Source: a candidate division WWE3 bacterium RIFOXYC1_FULL_40_10
GTDB taxonomy: Bacteria; Patescibacteriota; WWE3; UBA101185; UBA10185
NCBI GenBank assembly: GCA_001773215.1
Contig: MEWB01000001.1
Coordinates: 322,473-386,472, forward strand
Length of the DNA: 64,000 bases
Direction: 5' to 3'
Both the position numbers and the translations under genes were made by a program. Numbering within the stretch: position 1 is the stretch's first letter; each line of letters starts with the position of its first letter. Below, piece after piece: positions 44,902-54,700 of the stretch. The notes under the pieces were generated by a model. The model searched no databases, was not told where the DNA came from, and saw only the letters and a program-made list of their open reading frames with translations.

Positions 44902-45297
44902 ATGAACTATATAATAACTCATGCATGGAAAACTCTTCCGAGTAAACTCTTAGTGAAGTTTGAATTTATGTTAAGTGATTCCGTTCATTTCATGTCAGCA
45001 GAAAGCGTTAAGAATATGCTTAGCCAAGTACCGATGTGCGTGTTTGAGCATATTCCATACGAGATAACAGGTAAGAGCCCTTATGAATTGACAGTGCGGT
45101 TTATAGATTTTCTTACAAGGATAGAAATTAACTGCCCGCCATCATGTTTTAACGGCATGCCAGCTTTACCTGTTTTTATTCTCTGTTACCTGGAATTGTA
45201 TAAAAGCAGTTACGTTTACCCAGTGGGTATGAATAATTGGTTGTGTGATATGAAAAGTGCCGGGTACTTGGCAGAAAATGGAGTGAAAAATGGCTAG
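44902..45297 (+). CDS. hypothetical protein, first of a tandem paralogous pair
   Basis: C-terminal YPVGMNNWLCDMKSAGYL parallels YPMGLTQLLNFLVDKGYL of the next ORF. Confidence 0.4.
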   Translation: MNYIITHAWKTLPSKLLVKFEFMLSDSVHFMSAESVKNMLSQVPMCVFEHIPYEITGKSPYELTVRFIDFLTRIEINCPPSCFNGMPALPVFILCYLELYKSSYVYPVGMNNWLCDMKSAGYLAENGVKNG

Positions 45298-45691
45298 ATA
45301 CTCAATTACCGAAAAAGGCCTTAAAACAGAACGTTGCCCTGCCGGAGCTTTGACGTTATTCCAGCAAGTATTAAGAAATATACGGCAGATTAACACCAAA
45401 GAGGATTTTACCCTCTGGCTATCAGATAACAGCTCTTATTTCGTCAAGTTTATGGGGATCGACTGGGAGCTAATTGGGCCGCTGAATAGGAATGTCGGTG
45501 AGGTCATTACGCGGCTTGAAGAGGTTGAAGTATTGACCGGTTCCCGTACTGAAAGCGTACCTGCATGGTTATATTTTGTTCACCAGGTTGTATGTTACTA
45601 CGCTCTTAACAAAGCCGGTCTGTACCCAATGGGTCTCACCCAACTGTTGAACTTTCTGGTTGACAAGGGGTATCTACAGGCCTCAGATTAG
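45290..45691 (+). CDS. hypothetical protein, second paralog (C-terminal motif weakly reminiscent of BlaI/CopY winged-helix recognition helix)
   Basis: 8-nt overlap with the previous ORF; LTQLLNFLVDKGYL resembles TLLNRLVKKGFL of the BlaI/CopY family, but at the C-terminus rather than the N-terminus. Confidence 0.4.
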   Translation: MARYSITEKGLKTERCPAGALTLFQQVLRNIRQINTKEDFTLWLSDNSSYFVKFMGIDWELIGPLNRNVGEVITRLEEVEVLTGSRTESVPAWLYFVHQVVCYYALNKAGLYPMGLTQLLNFLVDKGYLQASD

Positions 45692-45725
45692 TATCTTTGG
45701 CAAGGTAGCGATAATTCACACTTCG

Positions 45726-47906
45726 CTATCTTGCTTCTCTTCCAAGCCTCAAACTATTTCCAACCACAGATACAGAGCTTAAAGCCATAGCTACACTTGC
45801 CATTACCGGCGATAACAATACTCCTATAAACGGATACAAAATCCCGGCTGCGACTGGAATTCCTAAAATATTATAGCCAAATGCCCAAACTAAGTTCTGC
45901 TTAATAATCGTTAACGTCCTTTTTGAAATCTGTATTGCCTCCAAAAACTTATCCAACGTCCCTTTAACTAATACAATGTCTCCCGCCTCGATAGCAACGT
46001 CGGTACCGGTTCCCATAGCAATACCTATATCGGCTTGAGCAAGAGCAGGTGCATCGTTAATACCATCACCTAACATGGCGATAACACTATTGGGATCACG
46101 GCTTTTAATGTTCTTAATTTCTTGAGCTTTTTGATCAGGTAGAACTTCCGCTATATACTCATCTACTCCCAACTCATGTGCAATAACATCTGCTGTAACT
46201 TTATTATCCCCGGTTAACATTATTGTTTTGATGCCCATGGCATTGAGTTTGTATATAACGTCCTTTGCATCTTCTTTTGGTGTATCAGCGAGGCTGAACA
46301 AACCCGCCAAATTGCCATCCCACGCTATATACGAAACCGTTTGGCCTTTTTGCTGTAACACGGCTGCTTTTTCAGTTATCATTGAATTTGTAACAATCCC
46401 TTGTTGTTCCATAAAGGCCTTAGTGCCAATCCATACCTTTTTCTCATCCACAATTCCAAAGATTCCAAAACCGGGGTAATCTACAAAACCCTCTACAGAT
46501 AAAGCCTCACTAAGTTTCTGTGCTTCATAATAGGCAGTCACTGCCTCGGCGAGCGGGTGTTGGGATAACTTCTCAAGCGAGTATAAAACTTTATTTGAAT
46601 ACTCAGCATCTAGCTTTTCCGAGAATTCTATTACTTGAACCTCAGGCTGGCCTTTTGTTAAAGTGCCGGTTTTATCAAAAACCACATGAGTAATCTTATG
46701 AGCTGTTTCTAATGCCCGGGCGTCCTTTATTAAAATGCCCTTTTTTGCAGACTTACCTGTGCCAACCATTACTGCAGTGGGAGTTGCCAAACCCAAAGCG
46801 CAAGGGCAGGCAATTACCAACACCGTAGTTGCAGTATAAATAGAAAATTGGGCACTTTTCCCCACCGCAAAAAACCAAAAAGAGAAGGAGGCAAGAGCTA
46901 TAGTAATCACGACAGGGACAAAAACTCCGGAAACTTTATCGGCAAGCCGTTGGATAGGAGCTTGTGTAGCTTGAGCCTGCTCGACCATTTTAATAATTTG
47001 AGCAAGAAGGGTATCAGACCCTACCTTTGTTGCTTTAAACTGGAAACTACCGGTTTTATTAAGAGTAGCTCCGATAACAGCGTCTCCAACCTTTTTTGAC
47101 ACCGGCATAGACTCTCCTGTTACCATCGACTCGTCTATATCGGTTGAGCCTTGAGTTATTTCTCCGTCGACAGGCACTTTCTGTCCGGGTTTTACTACTA
47201 CAATATCCCCTACCTTAACTTCTGAAATGGCAATTTTCAATTCCTTGCCATCACGTATTACAACTGCATCCTTAGCCTGAAGCTCAAATAATGCTTTTAT
47301 AGCCCCTTGAGCTTTCTTTTTGGCAGAAGCCTCAAGGTAACGCCCCAACATAATAAAAAATATTATAAAAACCGCGGCTTCAAAAAATACTTCTTCGGTT
47401 TCGAAAATGCTTGGTGCAAAAGTTACAACAGTAGAGTATCCCCAAGCAGTTAGCGTACCCATCGACACTAAAGTGTCCATGTTTGCCGTTTTGGATTTTA
47501 GGGCGATGAATGCACTTTTTAATATGTCCCAACCTCCTATAAAAAGATAAGGTGTGGCAATAATAAATTGGATAAGCGGTGGTCCCGACATCGTGAACAT
47601 GAAATACAAAAAAGGTGCTAGAGCAGCTCCCATAAATATAAGTTTCCCCTTCAATCTGTCCCGGAGCTGCTCCTGATGATGTGTGGTTTCATCCAGAAGC
47701 TTATATGCTCCTACACTGGCAACAGTTTGTTTCAATTTCTCCAGGCTTAAAATTTCATCATCGTAGGTAATATAAAGTTTTTCGGTTGCAAAATTTACAG
47801 TAAATTCATCAGTACCGGGTAATTCTGCTATCGACTTTTGAAGTAAAATTTTGCATGAGGCGCAGTGCATACCAACTATTGGATAGGTTTTTGTTATTTT
47901 GCTCAT
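45726..47906 (-). CDS. copA: copper-translocating P1B-type ATPase
   Basis: N-terminal HMA GMHCASC; CPC in TM6 (CPCALGLATP); DKTGTLT phosphorylation site; GDGINDAPAL hinge. Confidence 0.9.
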   Translation of the reverse strand: MSKITKTYPIVGMHCASCKILLQKSIAELPGTDEFTVNFATEKLYITYDDEILSLEKLKQTVASVGAYKLLDETTHHQEQLRDRLKGKLIFMGAALAPFLYFMFTMSGPPLIQFIIATPYLFIGGWDILKSAFIALKSKTANMDTLVSMGTLTAWGYSTVVTFAPSIFETEEVFFEAAVFIIFFIMLGRYLEASAKKKAQGAIKALFELQAKDAVVIRDGKELKIAISEVKVGDIVVVKPGQKVPVDGEITQGSTDIDESMVTGESMPVSKKVGDAVIGATLNKTGSFQFKATKVGSDTLLAQIIKMVEQAQATQAPIQRLADKVSGVFVPVVITIALASFSFWFFAVGKSAQFSIYTATTVLVIACPCALGLATPTAVMVGTGKSAKKGILIKDARALETAHKITHVVFDKTGTLTKGQPEVQVIEFSEKLDAEYSNKVLYSLEKLSQHPLAEAVTAYYEAQKLSEALSVEGFVDYPGFGIFGIVDEKKVWIGTKAFMEQQGIVTNSMITEKAAVLQQKGQTVSYIAWDGNLAGLFSLADTPKEDAKDVIYKLNAMGIKTIMLTGDNKVTADVIAHELGVDEYIAEVLPDQKAQEIKNIKSRDPNSVIAMLGDGINDAPALAQADIGIAMGTGTDVAIEAGDIVLVKGTLDKFLEAIQISKRTLTIIKQNLVWAFGYNILGIPVAAGILYPFIGVLLSPVMASVAMALSSVSVVGNSLRLGREAR

Positions 47907-49265
47907 TTAGTTAACTACAACCGTTACCGGCTGTACCATTCCCATTGAACAGGTGATTTTATAGGTACCGGGTGTTTTTGGTGTAAATTCAAACACATTC
48001 ATGCCCGGATTAAGCTGTATTATAGATGGGTAAAGACCACGCGCTGATACTGACCTAGAGCAGCCTACGGCTCCTTTGTTATTAAACTCCCATCTAACAG
48101 GGATCCCTGCCTTTAGTGTCACATTTTTAGGAGAATATTCAAACCCACTTGCTTCCATCCTTAAAATTTGGGTACCGCTACTATCAACATCCACCGCTTT
48201 GGTATCGCTGGTATTTACTGCGGTTTTGTCTACGGAGATTAAGTCGCTAAAACTTTTTAAACCCAGTACGTTTAGCTGGGAATTTAGCGTATTTATAGCA
48301 AAAAACACAACTAATGACCCCGCGATTACCCCAAATAGTTTTGACATACCTCTATGGTTATATAGCTTTAGGCTGGAAAAGCTCACAAAGGTTAGCATTG
48401 GGAGTGTTCCCAACGCGAAGGCTAATAATATCAGAGAGCCTGTGATAGGGTTTCCGCTGGCCAAAGCTATTGTTTGTGTAACTAAGGTGAATCCACAAGG
48501 AATAAAGAATGTTCCGGCTCCAATTAAAAATGGCACATACTTGCTTTTGATGGCAAAATCGTTTGAGACTAAGAAGGAAGCGAACTTGGGGGTTTTTATA
48601 TTAAATTTGTTTGCAAAATTAAACCCCATCATTTGTAAACCCAAAACTATCATAACCGCTGATACAGCTAGCGTCAGAAGGGCTGTAATACTAAGTGATA
48701 TCTGGAAGGTTTTGCCAATAAGGCCCAATAAAAATCCGAATGCGGCGTATGAAACCAGCCTGCCTATATTAAATAATACGAATGGAGTGTAACTTTTCTT
48801 TGAGTTAAGCCCGTATAGATCTTGCCACTTCTTGGATAAGGACAATAACAAACCGCCCACCAATGCGGCACAACTCGATACACCGGCTACCATTCCGAAG
48901 ATAAAAAAAGCACCCAATGAGGATGTTGAATTAACATTAAATGCCTTAAGTAATCCGGATCTCTCTACATATAGGAAACCGGTAATCAAAAATACAAATA
49001 TTACAAAAGCCTTAAACAGCTGAGCCTCGGTTATTTTAGGCTCCTCGGGCTTGTTCCTAGAAATCTTGTACCCGAGATCTCGGAGCTTGGAGTTTATACT
49101 ATCAACGTCAATTCGACCATCTAGGGTTACCTCGCATCTTGATAAAGATGCCTCAACTCCTTTGTAACCCTCTTCTTTTAGAGTTTTTTCTATTAGTAAT
49201 TCGCACGAGGGACAGTGCATCCCTTGAACATAGTACGTATTGGTATCTGTGGATTTATTGTTCAC
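47907..49265 (-). CDS. HMA-domain membrane protein with a C-terminal cupredoxin-like/Met-Cys domain, co-transcribed upstream of copA
   Basis: N-terminal GMHCPSCELL HMA motif; ~8 TM helices; C-terminal ~100-aa beta-rich domain with GCSRS and CSMGM. Confidence 0.6.
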   Translation of the reverse strand: MNNKSTDTNTYYVQGMHCPSCELLIEKTLKEEGYKGVEASLSRCEVTLDGRIDVDSINSKLRDLGYKISRNKPEEPKITEAQLFKAFVIFVFLITGFLYVERSGLLKAFNVNSTSSLGAFFIFGMVAGVSSCAALVGGLLLSLSKKWQDLYGLNSKKSYTPFVLFNIGRLVSYAAFGFLLGLIGKTFQISLSITALLTLAVSAVMIVLGLQMMGFNFANKFNIKTPKFASFLVSNDFAIKSKYVPFLIGAGTFFIPCGFTLVTQTIALASGNPITGSLILLAFALGTLPMLTFVSFSSLKLYNHRGMSKLFGVIAGSLVVFFAINTLNSQLNVLGLKSFSDLISVDKTAVNTSDTKAVDVDSSGTQILRMEASGFEYSPKNVTLKAGIPVRWEFNNKGAVGCSRSVSARGLYPSIIQLNPGMNVFEFTPKTPGTYKITCSMGMVQPVTVVVN

Positions 49266-49276
49266 AACATTATTGT

Positions 49277-49292
49277 ATAGATAGTTATCTAT
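49277..49292. promoter_or_regulatory. 7-bp inverted repeat (ATAGATA-gt-TATCTAT) upstream of the cop operon start, operator candidate
   Basis: Palindrome read directly, 12 nt upstream of the HMA-gene start codon. Confidence 0.3.
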
Positions 49293-49364
49293 GTATGCAA
49301 CCCCCTTGTTATTTCTAATTAATTAAATATAATCCATTGAAACAACGTATACAGGAGACTAGAG

Positions 49365-49793
49365 ATGACGCTATTTATAATTGCGGTTTTACTTTCAATC
49401 TTTTTCGGTCCATTCATTGTACCCATGCTTTTACCGGGGAAACTTGTGACAAGAATAGCTGTAAAGCTGTATAAGGCTAATAAACTTGAAAAATGGGCTT
49501 TTCTTTTTGGTAAAGTATATAAGAGTTATAGCCTTAAGGTAGGATCCCGCAACCCTAATTTCAGATTTTTTAGGGATAGGGTTTACGAAATTTGGTTTGA
49601 GAGCGATCACAACTCTTGGTTAAAGACTGAAATCTTCGACGACATCTATCCCACACAGAGTGTGCGAATGTTTAGCGAATGGACTAGAAACCCTCTGGTT
49701 AGGGGCCGTGAGATCAAGTACATCAAGACTCTCTGTATCCGCAGAGTTCCGTGTGCGTCGATGTTCAACCTTTTACTTGAGGTCAAGCTTTGA
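49365..49793 (+). CDS. hypothetical membrane-anchored protein (uncertain; overlaps an alternative frame)
   Basis: ORF track only. Confidence 0.3.
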   Translation: MTLFIIAVLLSIFFGPFIVPMLLPGKLVTRIAVKLYKANKLEKWAFLFGKVYKSYSLKVGSRNPNFRFFRDRVYEIWFESDHNSWLKTEIFDDIYPTQSVRMFSEWTRNPLVRGREIKYIKTLCIRRVPCASMFNLLLEVKL

Positions 49794-49887
49794 CTATAGG
49801 GTAGATTTGTGGTATACTGCCGTCACCGAACTTTCTTCATTAGCCCAAAGGAGGCCTATATGCTCTAACTTTAAAAAGGAGAGCAAA

Positions 49888-50091
49888 ATGAAGAAAAGCA
49901 GTTTCAGAACTATCCACCAAAAGCGCCACGGAAAGAACCACAAGTATAGCTCTACCTGGCCCGATTCAAAAGAACTATCCTTCATAAAGAGTCGGACAAA
50001 TAGGGTTATCAGACATACGAGCACAGATGTGGAAATTCCAAATGGCTGTTGTTATAAAAAACTGGTTAGCCACCTTTTTTACCGAGACTAG
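49888..50091 (+). CDS. 67-aa basic hypothetical protein (MKKSSFRTIHQKRHGKNHKYS...) with a good SD
   Basis: AAAGGAG 6 nt upstream of the ATG; lies in-frame inside track ORF 49660..50091; followed by a terminator. Confidence 0.35.
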   Translation: MKKSSFRTIHQKRHGKNHKYSSTWPDSKELSFIKSRTNRVIRHTSTDVEIPNGCCYKKLVSHLFYRD

Positions 50092-50099
50092 CCAAGGAT

Positions 50100-50133
50100 G
50101 GGAAGTTACATAATATGGACTTCCCTTTTTTTA
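50100..50133 (+). terminator. Rho-independent terminator
   Basis: gggaagttacataatatggacttccc followed by ttttttt. Confidence 0.55.
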
Positions 50134-51378
50134 TCCTAAAACTAGTTCTTTTACTCCGCCAAATGAAATTCGATCTAAAACTTTTTCCTTGGCGCTTAAC
50201 ATACGTGCAGGGGTAATAATAAAATCTCCCCAACGCCCTGTAACCAAATCTATAGCTTGTGCCAGATTTTCTTTTTTAGAAGAATTATCAAATATTCCTA
50301 GTTGAACCTCTGCTTTTTGGGTGAGCATACAGCAAGATACCGCCAAGGTATGTATCGGATATGAATAAGGGGATTTTCGTAAAATTTTGTAAGCGGCTTT
50401 ATAAATATCTTCAATGTTAAACAGAGGTTCCGCTGTTTTTCTTCCCATGTGCCAATGAAAACCATTGTTATACAAAATAGAAACGTGAACGTGCTGTGTC
50501 TTATAACCGGCTCTTCTCATGCGAATAGTAGATTTTTGTACCAGCTTTTGTAGTATGGGCGTAATTTGTTCGATTTTAGATGGTTGCTCTTTAATGGCAA
50601 AGGAATTACCAAAGCTTTTTCGCCCAAAATCGATGTCGTCAACCTCCCATCCGCGTAATCGCAAAAACCATCGGTATCCTACAATCGACTGGAAAGCACG
50701 TTGCAGTACTTCAGCAGGAGCGTTGTAGAAATCTGTAACTGTATGAATGCCTACTTTGTTGAGCCTTACTGCATTATTGTTGGCAATACCGCATAGGTCC
50801 GTTAAATCAAGCTTGGCAAAGATTCCAGAGAAGTTGTTCACATTAATTTCATCCAAACCATCAGGTTTCTTCAAACCGGCCGCAGTTTTAGCTAACAAAC
50901 GATTAGGTGCAATTCCTATTGAAACAGTCAACCACTCCCCTATTTCCGATTTTATACGTTTTTTAACTTCTATTGCGGTATTTATTATGCCGATTTTTTG
51001 AGCCGGAAATCCCTCTAAATCTAAAACAAACTCATCTATAGATTTAGGCTCCAAAACATTAGTATAACGGGCCAATAATTTTCTCAACTGTATGTGAACA
51101 GTTCTGTATTTCCAAGGATCGGGTTCTAAAACGATTAGATCCGGATATAGCATCTTTCCTTCTTGCACCTGCATACCGGTTTTAATCCCAAATCTTTTAG
51201 CCTCAATAGAAGGTGCCAGAATACATCCCCGGGGACTGGTGTAGGCCGCCACCGCAATGGGCTTACCTCGTAAGAAAGGATTAGCCTGCTGTTCTATAGT
51301 GGCAAAACAAGAGTTTAGATCGATATGCATTATCGTAGGCGGTTTGGGGTTAAAAGTTAAATTAGTCGGGTATTCCAT
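50131..51378 (-). CDS. Y-family DNA polymerase (DinB/Pol IV-like, catalytically intact)
   Basis: IDLNSCFATIEQ (Asp/Glu catalytic motif), SIDEFVLDLEG, SIGIAPNRLLAKTAAGLKKPDGL (little-finger/thumb region). Confidence 0.85.
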   Translation of the reverse strand: MEYPTNLTFNPKPPTIMHIDLNSCFATIEQQANPFLRGKPIAVAAYTSPRGCILAPSIEAKRFGIKTGMQVQEGKMLYPDLIVLEPDPWKYRTVHIQLRKLLARYTNVLEPKSIDEFVLDLEGFPAQKIGIINTAIEVKKRIKSEIGEWLTVSIGIAPNRLLAKTAAGLKKPDGLDEINVNNFSGIFAKLDLTDLCGIANNNAVRLNKVGIHTVTDFYNAPAEVLQRAFQSIVGYRWFLRLRGWEVDDIDFGRKSFGNSFAIKEQPSKIEQITPILQKLVQKSTIRMRRAGYKTQHVHVSILYNNGFHWHMGRKTAEPLFNIEDIYKAAYKILRKSPYSYPIHTLAVSCCMLTQKAEVQLGIFDNSSKKENLAQAIDLVTGRWGDFIITPARMLSAKEKVLDRISFGGVKELVLG

Positions 51379-51622
51379 CTGATATTTCCTCCAACTGCCA
51401 GGATAAGTTATCGGTATTTAGCAGCAGTTTAAAAAAAGCGGTATCTGATGAAACTGAAAAAACGTGATATCTGGTTGTTCCTTGTTTAAAGCTATGGCGA
51501 TAGCCCAATTTACTGATTTTATGAGTTTCCCCGTCCCACTTTAAGGCCAAAACGTTGTATTGACCACTTTTATGGTTATAGGCAGAAATTACTGTAACAG
51601 GAGCTTTTATTTTTTGTATCAT
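51362..51622 (-). CDS. small protein co-transcribed with and overlapping the Y-family polymerase (possible YolD/UmuD-like accessory factor)
   Basis: 17-nt overlap with the polymerase start; the operon logic mirrors umuD-umuC / yolD-uvrX; no motif confirmed. Confidence 0.4.
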   Translation of the reverse strand: MIQKIKAPVTVISAYNHKSGQYNVLALKWDGETHKISKLGYRHSFKQGTTRYHVFSVSSDTAFFKLLLNTDNLSWQLEEISDGIPD

Positions 51623-51704
51623 AGTACCGAATAAAACCCGAATAAGTATATTAAATAACTTTAGAGGGAAAATTGCAAGAGGTGTAGAATAGACTTAATA
51701 AAGT

Positions 51705-54700
51705 ATGGACAATAAAAACACGTTTTACACGCTTGGAAGAGACCTGGCTATAAAGAAGAAATTCCCGCCAAAAAGAATTTTCCCGCTTATTAGAAAACAT
51801 AGCGATTTAGACTACAAAACCTTATATTCCCGTTTCGGAAATTTATATGCGTACTTAGTTTCGGAATACGAAAAAAACCCTGAAATAGTGCCCCTGGCCG
51901 CCTCGTGGATACTTGATAACTACTACCTAGTCAGCCAACAGTATGTCTTATTTGAGAAAACCTTTAAGACTAAGTTATTAAAAAAACTACCGTTATCGGA
52001 ATACGATCGGGTATATTACCAGATACACTATATAGCCAAAAAATACCTGGAGGCTACAAATTGTAGTTTTTCCGAAGAAACACTAATCCCATTTTTGAGG
52101 GGGTATCAGAAAATATACCCGTTATCTAGCCTCGAAATATGGATTTTGCCAACTGTGATCAAATTCGAGCAGACCCTAACCCTACTGAATAAAGGCTACG
52201 AGATCAGGGATAAAATTCAGAACGCTAAGTTTGCTGATCAGGTGGTTCAAATAATAGCTAACGACTTAAGCAGAAAGAAAAACCCGGTAAAAAAGATGAA
52301 TAGGATATTAAGAAGCCCGAACATGAACCCACATGTTCTTCTGGCCGTTCTTGAGGACGTAAGGGAATTAGATTATAAGGTAGAAGAAACACTGGCTCTT
52401 GTGGAATCCAAAATTCACGAGGAAGATCTAAACCTCGAGGAATATACCCGTGCAAGTGTGTTAAGAGATATTAATCTAAAACAGACCCTAAGTAACACAG
52501 TTTTGTCAATCAAAAATTTCTTCTATATAAACTGGAACAAGTTCTATAACAAAGTAAGCATTGTTGAAAGTACGCTCAAACTGGATCCGGCAAATATCTA
52601 TGCGACCATGGACGATATAAGCAGAGACAGATACCGCCATATTATTAGCGATCTTAGCAATAATAGCAATTATAGCGAATCAGAAGTTGCCAGAAAGGTT
52701 GTGGAAACTGCCGCAGCCTCGAATATTGATATCCAACAACACGTGGGGTATCACTTGATAGATCATGGTTTTTTTAACTTTGCTGAAAAAATAGGCTATA
52801 AACCAACCTTTAAAGTATTTGTTATTAACTGGCTAAAAAAGTACCCTAACTTGGGTTACATGGGAGGCATCTTCTTAATAACAGTAGCTTTGTCAGCGCT
52901 TTCCTTTTTTACAGCAATAATAGTTTCCCATAACTTGCTTTTCACACTCCTGTTCTCGGTTGGTCAGCTGTTTATAGCTTCTAACCTGGCAACTCTGATT
53001 ATTAACAAGTTATTAGCCTACATTCTTCCTACAGCGCTTCCTCCCAAGATAGAGTTGAAGGACTTTATTCCCGAAAACTGCAAAACCATGATAGTTATTC
53101 CAAGTATGCTTTCGGGAATGGAAAAAGTAGATAAATTAGTATACGAATTGGAGAAAAGATTTCTGTGTAACAAATACAAGAATCTCTTTTATGCTCTTCT
53201 ATGTGACTATAAGGACTCCGACGTTGAAGAATCCGAGGGTGATTATCAACTTTTAGCCTATGCAAGGGAAAAAATAAGGGAGCTAAATGAAAAACATATG
53301 GATGAAGGCTTTAACGTGTTCTATTTTTTCCATAGGAAACGCCAATTTAGCCAAAAGGAAGGCGTTTGGATGGCATGGGAGAGAAAACGCGGAAAATTAC
53401 TTCAGCTGGTTGAATGGCTCACAAAAGAAGGTAACTTTTTCTCGGTTATAGATGGGGATTTAGATAAATTAACTGATATCAAGTATGTAATTACACTAGA
53501 CGAAGACACTATGCTGCCAGCCGATTCTGCTTTAAAGCTCATAGGTGCGATGGAGCACCCTCTTAATCGTCCAGTTGTAAACCCCGATACTAGAATAGTG
53601 ACAAGAGGTTATGGATTTATACAGCCCAGAGTAATACTGATGCCCGAAGCTGAGGGACTTTCGAACTTCACGCACATTTTTGTAACAGAAAGTGGGTATG
53701 ATTCCTATTCTAATGCCACCTCGGATATTTATCAGGATTTGTTTAATCGGTCTATCTTTTGGGGCAAAGGAATATTTGACGTACAGGCTATAAAGGAAAG
53801 CCTTGGAGATAGGTTCCCTGAAAACCGAATTCTTAGCCATGATTTGATTGAAAGCTGTTTTTCCAAAGCGGCCTACCTTTCGGATACAAGCATAATCGAA
53901 GACTACCCTCCAACCTTTAATAGCTATCTAATGCGGGATAGCAGGTGGATACGTGGAGATTGGCAATTAATACCCTGGCTGTTCCCGAATATTATGTCAA
54001 AAGGGAATACATTCGAGAAAAACCCTCTGGATTTCCTCTCGAAATGGTTAATATTCACAAATTTGAGAAGAAGCATGATTTTACCGCTTTTTCTTTTCTC
54101 ATATATGCTAAGCTGGCTTGTAATAAAATCCGACATATTAACAGCCTATCTATCGGTTCTATTCTTTTCCCAAATATTTATTGAGCTAGATGATATTTCA
54201 AGGCCAATTAGCCATAAAATGCCTCTCACTGAAAAACTTATCTTAATAGTTTCCTCAGTTAAAAAGAAAATTACTCTTGTAGGCGCATATTTTGTTGGGC
54301 TTAGTCTGCTAGCCCTAAATAAAACTCAGGCGATACTAATATCGCTATATAGATTGTTAACAAACAAACACCTGCTGGAGTGGACTACATTCGACGAAGC
54401 TCAGCAACTTGTTGATAAAAATGCCAGTCTGCGGAAACAGCTATTGTCTCCATTTACAATCGCAAACTTACTAATAATTTTATATCTGGTGCAATCGGGT
54501 AAGGCTACCGTTATCAACACGGCGATAATTGTTCTATGGTTACTCTCCCCTGCTATATACACGCATATTAGCCGTCCTTTGAAGACAAAAAAACTTCGGG
54601 AGTACATTACGGATAAGGAAAGGATGCTCTCGTACGCCAAAAAAATATGGCTATTTTTTGAGAGTTATACCAACGAGGAAAGTAATCACCTTCCTCCGGA

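Noticed and set aside
49660-50091. 143-aa track ORF overlapping 49365..49793
   Set aside because: Only its 3' third (49888..50091) has an SD. The long form overlaps another ORF in a different frame, so it was reduced to the short form.
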